The notes below the pieces were generated by a model. The model ran no database searches. It saw nothing but the letters and a program-made list of their open reading frames with translations, and had not been told where the DNA came from. A program made the translations under genes and the position numbers. Below are positions 1 through 13,802 of a stretch of 64,000 nucleotides of DNA, in pieces. The stretch is taken from the NCBI GenBank assembly GCA_964057225.1, contig OZ059900.1, positions 16,120,001 to 16,184,000 of the forward strand, written 5' to 3'. The number at the start of each line of letters is the position of its first letter. Within the stretch, counting starts at the first letter, position 1. The stretch comes from Auanema rhodensis. Its lineage: Eukaryota; Animalia; Nematoda.

Positions 1-1862
1 ATATTATAACTCGCGTACAGGAAAGTTAATTAAAAACAGAAACGAAACTATTATTGCTATTATCTATTACACAAACAGTCCCTGTTCATGAAGCTTGATA
101 TAATTGAGTAAACTAAGTCAACGAAGTCGTATTGTAATAAAGCTGTCATTCAAATATTTGCGTATTGCGTACTGCCTGTTTCCAATTATATTATCAGTGC
201 AGGCTCTGAAAGTTTTTATAATCAAGGAATCACGTTCTAAATATTATAACTCGCGTACAGGAAAGTTAATTAAAAACAGAAACGAAACTATTATTGCTAT
301 TATCTATTACACAAACAGTCCGTGTTCATGAAGCTTGATATAATTGAGTAAACTAAGTCGTATTGTAATAAAGCTGTCATTCAAATGTTTGCGTATTGCC
401 TGTTGCCAGTTATATTATCAGTGCAGGCTCTAAACATTTTTCATTATGAAGCAATCGCGTTCTAAATATGATAACTCGCGTACTGGAAAGTTAATTAAAA
501 AAAGAAACAAAACTATCATTGCTATCATCTATTACACAAACAGTCCCTGTTCATGAAGCTTGATATAATTGAGTAAACTAAGTCGTATTGTAATAAAGCT
601 GTCATTCAAATGTTTGCGTATTGCCTGTTGCCAGTTATATTATCAGTGCAGGCTCTAAACATTTTTCATTATGAAGCAATCGCGTTCTAAATATGATAAC
701 TCGCGTACTGGAAAGTTAATTAAAAAAAGAAACAAAACTATCATTGCTATCATCTATTACACAAACAGTCCCTGTTCATGAAGCTTGATATGATTGAGTA
801 AGCTAAGTCGTATTGTAATAAAGCTGTCATTCAAATATTTGCGTATTGCCTGTTGCCAGTTATATTATCAGTGCAGGCTCTGAAAGTTTTTATAATCAAG
901 GAATCACGTTCTAAATATTATAACTCGCGTACAGGAAAGTTAATTAAAAACAGAAACGAAACTATTATTGCTATTATCTATTACACAAACAGTCCCTGTT
1001 CATGAAGCTTGATATAATTGAGTAAACTAAGTCGTATTGTAATAAAGCTGTCATTCAAATGTTTGCGTATTGCCTGTTGCCAGTTATATTATCAGTGCAG
1101 GCTCTGAAAGTTTTTATAATCAAGGAATCACGTTCTAAATATTATAACTCGCGTACAGGAAAGTTAATTAAAAACAGAAACGAAACTATTATTGCTATTA
1201 TCTATTACACAAACAGTCCCTGTTCATGAAGCTTGATATAATTGAGTAAACTAAGTCAACGAAGTCGTATTGTAATAAAGCTGTCATTCAAATATTTGCG
1301 TATCGCGTACTGCCTGTTTCCAGATATATTATCAGTGCAGGCAATAAAAATTTTTCATAATCAAGGAATCACGTTCTAAATATTATAACTCGCGTACAGG
1401 AAAGTTAATTAAAAACAGAAACGAAACTATTATTGCTATTATCTATTACACAAACAGTCCGTGTTCATGAAGATTGGTATGATTGAGTAAACTAAGTCGT
1501 ATTGTAATAAAGCTGTCATTCAAATATTTGCGTATTGCGTACTGCCTGTTTCCAATTATATTATCAGTGCAGGCTCTAAAAGTTTTTATAATCAAGGAAT
1601 CACGTTCTAAATATTATAACTCGCGTACAGGAAAGTTAATTAAAAACAGAAACGAAACTATTATTGCTATTATCTATTACACAAACAGTCCGTGTTCATG
1701 AAGATTGGTATGATTGAGTAAACTAAGTCGTATTGTAATAAAGCTGTCATTCAAATGTTTGCGTATTGTGTACTGCCTGTTTCCAATTATATTATCAGTG
1801 CAGGCTCTGAAAGATTTTATAATCAAGGAATCACGTTCTAAATATTATAACTCGCGTACAGG

Positions 1863-4800
1863 AAAGTTAATTAAAAACAGAAACGAAACTATTATTGCTA
1901 TTATCTATTACACAAACAGTCCGTGTTCATGAAGATTGGTATGATTGAGTAAACTAAGTCGTATTGTAATAAAGCTGTCATTCAAATGTTTGCGTATTGC
2001 CTGTTGCCAGTTATATTATCAGTGCAGGCTCTAAACATTTTTCATTATGAAGCAATCGCGTTCTAAATATTATAACTCGCGTACTGGAAAGTTAATTAAA
2101 AAAAGAAACGAAACTATCATTGCTATCATCTATTGCACAAACAGTCCCTGTTCATGAAGCTTGATATGATTGAGTAAGCTAAGTCGTATTGTACTAAAGC
2201 TGTCATTCAAATATTTGCGTATCGCGTACTGCCTGTTTCCAGTTATATTATCAGTGCAGGCTCTAAAAATTTTTTCATAATCAAGGAATCACGTTCTAAA
2301 TATTATAACTCGCGTACAGGAAAGTTAATTAAAAACAGAAACGAAACTATTATTGCTATTATCTATTACACAAACAGTCCGTGTTCATGAAGATTGGTAT
2401 GATTGAGTAAACTAAGTCGTATTGTAATAAAGCTGTCATTCAAATGTTTGCGTATTGCGTACTGCCTGTTTCCAATTATATTATCAGTGCAGGCTCTGAA
2501 AGTTTTTCATAATCAAGGAATCACGTTCTAAATATTATAACTCGCGTACAGGAAAGTTAATTAAAAACAGAAACGAAACTATTATTGCTATTATATATTA
2601 CACAAGCAGTCCGTGTTCATGAAGCTTGATATAATTGAGTAAACTAAGTCGTATTGTAATAAAGCTGTCATTCAAATGTTTGCGTATTGCGTACTGCCTG
2701 TTTCCAATTATATTATCAGTGCAGGCTCTGAAAGTTTTTCATAATCAAGGAATCACGTTCTAAATATTATAACTCGCGTACAGGAAAGTTAATTAAAAAC
2801 AGAAACGAAACTATTATTGCTATTATATATTACACAAGCAGTCCGTGTTCATGAAGCTTGATATAATTGAGTAAACTAAGTCGTATTGTAATAAAGCTGT
2901 CATTCAAATATTTGCGTATCGCGTACTGCCTGTTTCCAGTTATATTATCAGTGCAGGCTCTAAAAATTTTTCATAATCAAGGAATCACGTTCTAAATATT
3001 ATAACTCGCGTACAGGAAAGTTAATTAAAAACAGAAACGAAACTATTATTGCTATTATATATTACACAAGCAGTCCGTGTTCATGAAGCTTGATATAATT
3101 GAGTAAACTAAGTCGTATTGTAATAAAGCTGTCATTCAAATGTTTGCGTATTGCGTACTGCCTGTTTCCAATTATATTATCAGTGCAGGCTCTGAAAGTT
3201 TTTCATAATCAAGGAATCACGTTCTAAATATTATAACTCGCGTACAGGAAAGTTAATTAAAAACAGAAACGAAACTATTATTGCTATTATATATTACACA
3301 AGCAGTCCGTGTTCATGAAGCTTGATATAATTGAGTAAACTAAGTCGTATTGTAATAAAGCTGTCATTCAAATATTTGCGTATCGCGTACTGCCTGTTTC
3401 CAGTTATATTATCAGTGCAGGCTCTAAAAATTTTTCATAATCAAGGAATCACGTTCTAAATATTATAACTCGCGTACAGGAAAGTTAATTAAAAACAGAA
3501 ACGAAACTATTATTGCTATTATCTATTACACAAACAGTCCGTGTTCATGAAGATTGGTATGATTGAGTAAACTAAGTCGTATTGTAATAAAGCTGTCATT
3601 CAAATGTTTGCGTATTGCCTGTTGCCAGTTATATTATCAGTGCAGGCTCTAAACATTTTTCATTATGAAGCAATCGCGTTCTAAATATGATAACTCGCGT
3701 ACTGGAAAGTTAATTAAAAAAAGAAACAAAACTATCATTGCTATCATCTATTACACAAACAGTCCCTGTTCATGAAGCTTGATATAATTGAGTAAACTAA
3801 GTCAACGAAGTCGTATTGTAATAAAGCTGTCATTCAAATATTTGCGTATTGCGTACTGCCTGTTTCCAATTATATTATCAGTGCAGGCTCTGAAAGTTTT
3901 TATAATCAAGGAATCACGTTCTAAATATTATAACTCGCGTACAGGAAAGTTAATTAAAAACAGAAACGAAACTATTATTGCTATTATCTATTACACAAAC
4001 AGTCCGTGTTCATGAAGATTGGTATGATTGAGTAAACTAAGTCGTATTGTAATAAAGCTGTCATTCAAATGTTTGCGTATTGCGTACTGCCTGTTTCCAA
4101 TTATATTATCAGTGCAGGCTCTGAAAGTTTTTCATTATCAAGGAATCGCGTTCTAAATATTATAACTCGCGTACTGGAAAGTTAATTAAAAAAAGAAACG
4201 AAACTATCCTTGCTATCATCTATTGCACAAGCAGTCCGTGTTCATGAAGCTTGATATAATTGAGTAAACTAAGTCGTATTGTAATAAAGCTGTCATTCAA
4301 ATATTTGCGTATCGCGTACTGCCTGTTTCCAGTTATATTATCAGTGCAGGCTCTAAAAATTTTTCATAATCAAGGAATCACGTTCTAAATATTATAACTC
4401 GCGTACTGGAAAGTTAATTAAAAAAAGAAACGAAACTATCCTTGCTATCATCTATTGCACAAACAGTCCGTGTTCATGAAGCTTGATATAATTGAGTAAA
4501 CTAAGTCGTATTGTAATAAAGCTGTCATTCAAATGTTTGCGTATTGCCTGTTTCCAATTATATTATCAGTGCAGGCTCTGAAAGTTTTTCATAATCAAGG
4601 AATCACGTTCTAAATATTATAACTCGCGTACTGGAAAGTTAATTAAAAAAAGAAACGAAACTATCATTGCTATCATCTATTACACAAGCAGTCCGTGTTC
4701 ATGAAGCTTGATATAATTGAGTAAGCTAAGTCGTATTGTATTAAAGCTGTCATTCAAATATTTGCGTATCGCGTACTGCCTGTTTCCAGTTATATTATCA

Positions 4801-7800
4801 GTGCAGGCTCTAAAAATTTTTCATAATCAAGGAATCACGTTCTAAATATTATAACTCGCGTACAGGAAAGTTAATTAAAAACAGAAACGAAACTATTATT
4901 GCTATTATATATTACACAAGCAGTCCGTGTTCATGAAGCTTGATATAATTGAGTAAACTAAGTCGTATTGTAATAAAGCTGTCATTCAAATATTTGCGTA
5001 TCGCGTACTGCCTGTTTCCAGTTATATTATCAGTGCAGGCTCTAAACATTTTTCATTATGAAGCAATCGCGTTCTAAATATGATAACTCGCGTACTGGAA
5101 AGTTAATTAAAAAAAGAAACGAAACTATCATTGCTATCATCTATTACACAAGCAGTCCCTGTTCATGAAGCTTGATATGATTGAGTAAACTAAGTCGTAT
5201 TGTAATAAAGCTGTCATTCAAATGTTTGCGTATTGCCTGTTGCCAGTTATATTATCAGTGCAGGCTCTAAACATTTTTCATTATGAAGCAGTCGCGTTCT
5301 AAATATGATAACTCGCGTACTGGAAAGTTAATTAAAAAAAGAAACGAAACTATCATTGCTATCATCTATTACACAAACAGTCCCTGTTCATGAAGCTTGA
5401 TATGATTGAGTAAGCTAAGTCGTATTGTATTAAAGCTGTCATTCAAATATTTGCGTATCGCGTACTGCCTGTTTCCAGTTATATTATCAGTGCAGGCTCT
5501 AAAAATTTTTTCATAATCAAGGAATCACGTTCTAAATATTATAACTCGCGTACAGGAAAGTTAATTAAAAACAGAAACGAAACTATTATTGCTATTATCT
5601 ATTACACAAACAGTCCGTGTTCATGAAGATTGGTATGATTGAGTAAACTAAGTCGTATTGTAATAAAGCTGTCATTCAAATGTTTGCGTATTGCCTGTTG
5701 CCAGTTATATTATCAGTGCAGGCTCTAAACATTTTTCATTATGAAGCAATCGCGTTCTAAATATGATAACTCGCGTACTGGAAAGTTAATTAAAAAAAGA
5801 AACGAAACTATCATTGCTATCATCTATTACACAAACAGTCCCTGTTCATGAAGCTTGATATAATTGAGTAAACAAAGTCGTATTGTAATAAAGCTGTCAT
5901 TCAAATGTTTGCGTATTGCGTACTGCCTGTTTCCAATTACATTATCAGTGCAGGCTCTGAAAGTTTTTCATAATCAAGGAATCACGTTCTAAATATTATA
6001 ACTCGCGTACAGGAAAGTTAATTAAAAACAGAAACGAAACTATTATTGCTATTATATATTACACAAGCAGTCCGTGTTCATGAAGCTTGATATAATTGAG
6101 TAAACTAAGTCGTATTGTAATAAAGCTGTCATTCAAATATTTGCGTATCGCGTACTGCCTGTTTCCAGTTATATTATCAGTGCAGGCTCTAAACATTTTT
6201 CATTATGAAGCAATCGCGTTCTAAATATGATAACTCGCGTACTGGAAAGTTAATTAAAAAAAGAAACGAAACTATCATTGCTATCATCTATTACACAAGC
6301 AGTCCCTGTTCATGAAGCTTGATATGATTGAGTAAACTAAGTCGTATTGTAATAAAGCTGTCATTCAAATGTTTGCGTATTGCCTGTTGCCAGTTATATT
6401 ATCAGTGCAGGCTCTAAACATTTTTCATTATGAAGCAATCGCGTTCTAAATATGATAACTCGCGTACTGGAAAGTTAATTAAAAAAAGAAACAAAACTAT
6501 CATTGCTATCATCTATTACACAAACAGTCCCTGTTCATGAAGCTTGATATGATTGAGTAAGCTAAGTCGTATTGTAATAAAGCTGTCATTCAAATATTTG
6601 CGTATCGCGTACTGCCTGTTTCCAGTTATATTATCAGTGCAGGCACTAAAAATTTTTCATAATCAAGGAATCACGTTCTAAATATTATAACTCGCGTACA
6701 GAAAAGTTAATTAAAAACAGAAACGAAACTATTATTGCTATTATCTATTACACAAACAGTCCGTGTTCATGAAGATTGGTATGATTGAGTAAACTAAGTC
6801 GTATTGTAATAAAGCTGTCATTCAAATGTTTGCGTATTGCCTGTTGCCAGTTATATTATCAGTGCAGGCTCTAAACATTTTTCATTATGAAGCAATCGCG
6901 TTCTAAATATTATAACTCGCGTACTGGAAAGTTAATTAAAAAAAGAAACGAAACTATCATTGCTATCATCTATTGCACAAACAGTCCCTGTTCATGAAGC
7001 TTGATATGATTGAGTAAGCTAAGTCGTATTGTACTAAAGCTGTCATTCAAATATTTGCGTATCGCGTACTGCCTGTTTCCAGTTATATTATCAGTGCAGG
7101 CTCTGAAAGTTTTTCATAATCAAGGAATCACGTTCTAAATATTATAACTCGCGTACTGGAAAGTTAATTAAAAAAAGAAACGAAACTATCATTGCTATCA
7201 TCTATTACACAAGCAGTCCGTGTTCATGAAGCTTGATATAATTGAGTAAGCTAAGTCGTATTGTATTAAAGCTGTCATTCAAATATTTGCGTATCGCGTA
7301 CTGCCTGTTTCCAGTTATATTATCAGTGCAGGCTCTAAAAATTTTTCATAATCAAGGAATCACGTTCTAAATATTATAACTCGCGTACAGGAAAGTTAAT
7401 TAAAAACAGAAACGAAACTATTATTGCTATTATATATTACACAAGCAGTCCGTGTTCATGAAGCTTGATATAATTGAGTAAACTAAGTCGTATTGTAATA
7501 AAGCTGTCATTCAAATATTTGCGTATCGCGTACTGCCTGTTTCCAGTTATATTATCAGTGCAGGCTCTAAACATTTTTCATTATGAAGCAATCGCGTTCT
7601 AAATATGATAACTCGCGTACTGGAAAGTTAATTAAAAAAAGAAACGAAACTATCATTGCTATCATCTATTACACAAGCAGTCCCTGTTCATGAAGCTTGA
7701 TATGATTGAGTAAACTAAGTCGTATTGTAATAAAGCTGTCATTCAAATGTTTGCGTATTGCCTGTTGCCAGTTATATTATCAGTGCAGGCTCTAAACATT

Positions 7801-10800
7801 TTTCATTATGAAGCAGTCGCGTTCTAAATATGATAACTCGCGTACTGGAAAGTTAATTAAAAAAAGAAACGAAACTATCATTGCTATCATCTATTACACA
7901 AACAGTCCCTGTTCATGAAGCTTGATATGATTGAGTAAGCTAAGTCGTATTGTATTAAAGCTGTCATTCAAATATTTGCGTATCGCGTACTGCCTGTTTC
8001 CAGTTATATTATCAGTGCAGGCTCTAAAAATTTTTTCATAATCAAGGAATCACGTTCTAAATATTATAACTCGCGTACAGGAAAGTTAATTAAAAACAGA
8101 AACGAAACTATTATTGCTATTATCTATTACACAAACAGTCCGTGTTCATGAAGATTGGTATGATTGAGTAAACTAAGTCGTATTGTAATAAAGCTGTCAT
8201 TCAAATGTTTGCGTATTGCCTGTTGCCAGTTATATTATCAGTGCAGGCTCTAAACATTTTTCATTATGAAGCAATCGCGTTCTAAATATGATAACTCGCG
8301 TACTGGAAAGTTAATTAAAAAAAGAAACGAAACTATCATTGCTATCATCTATTACACAAACAGTCCCTGTTCATGAAGCTTGATATAATTGAGTAAACAA
8401 AGTCGTATTGTAATAAAGCTGTCATTCAAATGTTTGCGTATTGCGTACTGCCTGTTTCCAATTACATTATCAGTGCAGGCTCTGAAAGTTTTTCATAATC
8501 AAGGAATCACGTTCTAAATATTATAACTCGCGTACAGGAAAGTTAATTAAAAACAGAAACGAAACTATTATTGCTATTATATATTACACAAGCAGTCCGT
8601 GTTCATGAAGCTTGATATAATTGAGTAAACTAAGTCGTATTGTAATAAAGCTGTCATTCAAATATTTGCGTATCGCGTACTGCCTGTTTCCAGTTATATT
8701 ATCAGTGCAGGCTCTAAACATTTTTCATTATGAAGCAATCGCGTTCTAAATATGATAACTCGCGTACTGGAAAGTTAATTAAAAAAAGAAACGAAACTAT
8801 CATTGCTATCATCTATTACACAAGCAGTCCCTGTTCATGAAGCTTGATATGATTGAGTAAACTAAGTCGTATTGTAATAAAGCTGTCATTCAAATGTTTG
8901 CGTATTGCCTGTTGCCAGTTATATTATCAGTGCAGGCTCTAAACATTTTTCATTATGAAGCAATCGCGTTCTAAATATGATAACTCGCGTACTGGAAAGT
9001 TAATTAAAAAAAGAAACAAAACTATCATTGCTATCATCTATTACACAAACAGTCCCTGTTCATGAAGCTTGATATGATTGAGTAAGCTAAGTCGTATTGT
9101 AATAAAGCTGTCATTCAAATATTTGCGTATCGCGTACTGCCTGTTTCCAGTTATATTATCAGTGCAGGCACTAAAAATTTTTCATAATCAAGGAATCACG
9201 TTCTAAATATTATAACTCGCGTACAGAAAAGTTAATTAAAAACAGAAACGAAACTATTATTGCTATTATCTATTACACAAACAGTCCGTGTTCATGAAGA
9301 TTGGTATGATTGAGTAAACTAAGTCGTATTGTAATAAAGCTGTCATTCAAATGTTTGCGTATTGCCTGTTGCCAGTTATATTATCAGTGCAGGCTCTAAA
9401 CATTTTTCATTATGAAGCAATCGCGTTCTAAATATTATAACTCGCGTACTGGAAAGTTAATTAAAAAAAGAAACGAAACTATCATTGCTATCATCTATTG
9501 CACAAACAGTCCCTGTTCATGAAGCTTGATATGATTGAGTAAGCTAAGTCGTATTGTACTAAAGCTGTCATTCAAATATTTGCGTATCGCGTACTGCCTG
9601 TTTCCAGTTATATTATCAGTGCAGGCTCTAAAAATTTTTTCATAATCAAGGAATCACGTTCTAAATATTATAACTCGCGTACAGGAAAGTTAATTAAAAA
9701 CAGAAACGAAACTATTATTGCTATTATCTATTACACAAACAGTCCGTGTTCATGAAGATTGGTATGATTGAGTAAACTAAGTCGTATTGTAATAAAGCTG
9801 TCATTCAAATGTTTGCGTATTGCGTACTGCCTGTTTCCAATTATATTATCAGTGCAGGCTCTGAAAGTTTTTCATAATCAAGGAATCACGTTCTAAATAT
9901 TATAACTCGCGTACAGGAAAGTTAATTAAAAACAGAAACGAAACTATTATTGCTATTATATATTACACAAGCAGTCCGTGTTCATGAAGCTTGATATAAT
10001 TGAGTAAACTAAGTCGTATTGTAATAAAGCTGTCATTCAAATGTTTGCGTATTGCGTACTGCCTGTTTCCAATTATATTATCAGTGCAGGCTCTGAAAGT
10101 TTTTCATAATCAAGGAATCACGTTCTAAATATTATAACTCGCGTACAGGAAAGTTAATTAAAAACAGAAACGAAACTATTATTGCTATTATATATTACAC
10201 AAGCAGTCCGTGTTCATGAAGCTTGATATAATTGAGTAAACTAAGTCGTATTGTAATAAAGCTGTCATTCAAATATTTGCGTATCGCGTACTGCCTGTTT
10301 CCAGTTATATTATCAGTGCAGGCTCTAAAAATTTTTCATAATCAAGGAATCACGTTCTAAATATTATAACTCGCGTACAGGAAAGTTAATTAAAAACAGA
10401 AACGAAACTATTATTGCTATTATATATTACACAAGCAGTCCGTGTTCATGAAGCTTGATATAATTGAGTAAACTAAGTCGTATTGTAATAAAGCTGTCAT
10501 TCAAATGTTTGCGTATTGCGTACTGCCTGTTTCCAATTATATTATCAGTGCAGGCTCTGAAAGTTTTTCATAATCAAGGAATCACGTTCTAAATATTATA
10601 ACTCGCGTACAGGAAAGTTAATTAAAAACAGAAACGAAACTATTATTGCTATTATATATTACACAAGCAGTCCGTGTTCATGAAGCTTGATATAATTGAG
10701 TAAACTAAGTCGTATTGTAATAAAGCTGTCATTCAAATATTTGCGTATCGCGTACTGCCTGTTTCCAGTTATATTATCAGTGCAGGCTCTAAAAATTTTT

Positions 10801-13800
10801 CATAATCAAGGAATCACGTTCTAAATATTATAACTCGCGTACAGGAAAGTTAATTAAAAACAGAAACGAAACTATTATTGCTATTATCTATTACACAAAC
10901 AGTCCGTGTTCATGAAGATTGGTATGATTGAGTAAACTAAGTCGTATTGTAATAAAGCTGTCATTCAAATGTTTGCGTATTGCCTGTTGCCAGTTATATT
11001 ATCAGTGCAGGCTCTAAACATTTTTCATTATGAAGCAATCGCGTTCTAAATATGATAACTCGCGTACTGGAAAGTTAATTAAAAAAAGAAACAAAACTAT
11101 CATTGCTATCATCTATTACACAAACAGTCCCTGTTCATGAAGCTTGATATAATTGAGTAAACTAAGTCAACGAAGTCGTATTGTAATAAAGCTGTCATTC
11201 AAATATTTGCGTATTGCGTACTGCCTGTTTCCAATTATATTATCAGTGCAGGCTCTGAAAGTTTTTATAATCAAGGAATCACGTTCTAAATATTATAACT
11301 CGCGTACAGGAAAGTTAATTAAAAACAGAAACGAAACTATTATTGCTATTATCTATTACACAAACAGTCCGTGTTCATGAAGATTGGTATGATTGAGTAA
11401 ACTAAGTCGTATTGTAATAAAGCTGTCATTCAAATGTTTGCGTATTGCGTACTGCCTGTTTCCAATTATATTATCAGTGCAGGCTCTGAAAGTTTTTCAT
11501 TATCAAGGAATCGCGTTCTAAATATTATAACTCGCGTACTGGAAAGTTAATTAAAAAAAGAAACGAAACTATCCTTGCTATCATCTATTGCACAAGCAGT
11601 CCGTGTTCATGAAGCTTGATATAATTGAGTAAACTAAGTCGTATTGTAATAAAGCTGTCATTCAAATATTTGCGTATCGCGTACTGCCTGTTTCCAGTTA
11701 TATTATCAGTGCAGGCTCTAAAAATTTTTCATAATCAAGGAATCACGTTCTAAATATTATAACTCGCGTACTGGAAAGTTAATTAAAAAAAGAAACGAAA
11801 CTATCCTTGCTATCATCTATTGCACAAACAGTCCGTGTTCATGAAGCTTGATATAATTGAGTAAACTAAGTCGTATTGTAATAAAGCTGTCATTCAAATG
11901 TTTGCGTATTGCCTGTTTCCAATTATATTATCAGTGCAGGCTCTGAAAGTTTTTCATAATCAAGGAATCACGTTCTAAATATTATAACTCGCGTACTGGA
12001 AAGTTAATTAAAAAAAGAAACGAAACTATCATTGCTATCATCTATTACACAAGCAGTCCGTGTTCATGAAGCTTGATATAATTGAGTAAGCTAAGTCGTA
12101 TTGTATTAAAGCTGTCATTCAAATATTTGCGTATCGCGTACTGCCTGTTTCCAGTTATATTATCAGTGCAGGCTCTAAAAATTTTTCATAATCAAGGAAT
12201 CACGTTCTAAATATTATAACTCGCGTACAGGAAAGTTAATTAAAAACAGAAACGAAACTATTATTGCTATTATATATTACACAAGCAGTCCGTGTTCATG
12301 AAGCTTGATATAATTGAGTAAACTAAGTCGTATTGTAATAAAGCTGTCATTCAAATATTTGCGTATCGCGTACTGCCTGTTTCCAGTTATATTATCAGTG
12401 CAGGCTCTAAACATTTTTCATTATGAAGCAATCGCGTTCTAAATATGATAACTCGCGTACTGGAAAGTTAATTAAAAAAAGAAACGAAACTATCATTGCT
12501 ATCATCTATTACACAAGCAGTCCCTGTTCATGAAGCTTGATATGATTGAGTAAACTAAGTCGTATTGTAATAAAGCTGTCATTCAAATGTTTGCGTATTG
12601 CCTGTTGCCAGTTATATTATCAGTGCAGGCTCTAAACATTTTTCATTATGAAGCAGTCGCGTTCTAAATATGATAACTCGCGTACTGGAAAGTTAATTAA
12701 AAAAAGAAACGAAACTATCATTGCTATCATCTATTACACAAACAGTCCCTGTTCATGAAGCTTGATATGATTGAGTAAGCTAAGTCGTATTGTATTAAAG
12801 CTGTCATTCAAATATTTGCGTATCGCGTACTGCCTGTTTCCAGTTATATTATCAGTGCAGGCTCTAAAAATTTTTTCATAATCAAGGAATCACGTTCTAA
12901 ATATTATAACTCGCGTACAGGAAAGTTAATTAAAAACAGAAACGAAACTATTATTGCTATTATCTATTACACAAACAGTCCGTGTTCATGAAGATTGGTA
13001 TGATTGAGTAAACTAAGTCGTATTGTAATAAAGCTGTCATTCAAATGTTTGCGTATTGCCTGTTGCCAGTTATATTATCAGTGCAGGCTCTAAACATTTT
13101 TCATTATGAAGCAATCGCGTTCTAAATATGATAACTCGCGTACTGGAAAGTTAATTAAAAAAAGAAACGAAACTATCATTGCTATCATCTATTACACAAA
13201 CAGTCCCTGTTCATGAAGCTTGATATAATTGAGTAAACAAAGTCGTATTGTAATAAAGCTGTCATTCAAATGTTTGCGTATTGCGTACTGCCTGTTTCCA
13301 ATTACATTATCAGTGCAGGCTCTGAAAGTTTTTCATAATCAAGGAATCACGTTCTAAATATTATAACTCGCGTACAGGAAAGTTAATTAAAAACAGAAAC
13401 GAAACTATTATTGCTATTATATATTACACAAGCAGTCCGTGTTCATGAAGCTTGATATAATTGAGTAAACTAAGTCGTATTGTAATAAAGCTGTCATTCA
13501 AATATTTGCGTATCGCGTACTGCCTGTTTCCAGTTATATTATCAGTGCAGGCTCTAAACATTTTTCATTATGAAGCAATCGCGTTCTAAATATGATAACT
13601 CGCGTACTGGAAAGTTAATTAAAAAAAGAAACGAAACTATCATTGCTATCATCTATTACACAAGCAGTCCCTGTTCATGAAGCTTGATATGATTGAGTAA
13701 ACTAAGTCGTATTGTAATAAAGCTGTCATTCAAATGTTTGCGTATTGCCTGTTGCCAGTTATATTATCAGTGCAGGCTCTAAACATTTTTCATTATGAAG

Positions 13801-13802
13801 CA
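1863..13802. repeat. Higher-order duplication in array A: ~1863-6437 recurs at ~9228-13802 (7365-bp offset = 4840-bp 21-mer + 2525-bp 11-mer)
   Basis: GTACTAAAGC at 2191/9556, the 9-bp insertion at 3799/11164 and AACAAAGTCG at 5871/13236 are all +7365. GTACTAAAGC also occurs at 7031 (+4840). Confidence 0.88.
4558..9629. repeat. Tandem higher-order duplication of 11 A monomers (2525-bp period)
   Basis: Rare variants recur at +2525: AACAAAGTCG 5871/8396, AGGCACTAAA 6641/9166, GTACTAAAGC 7031/9556. The first mismatches bounding the block are at 4557/7082 and 7105/9630. Confidence 0.9.
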
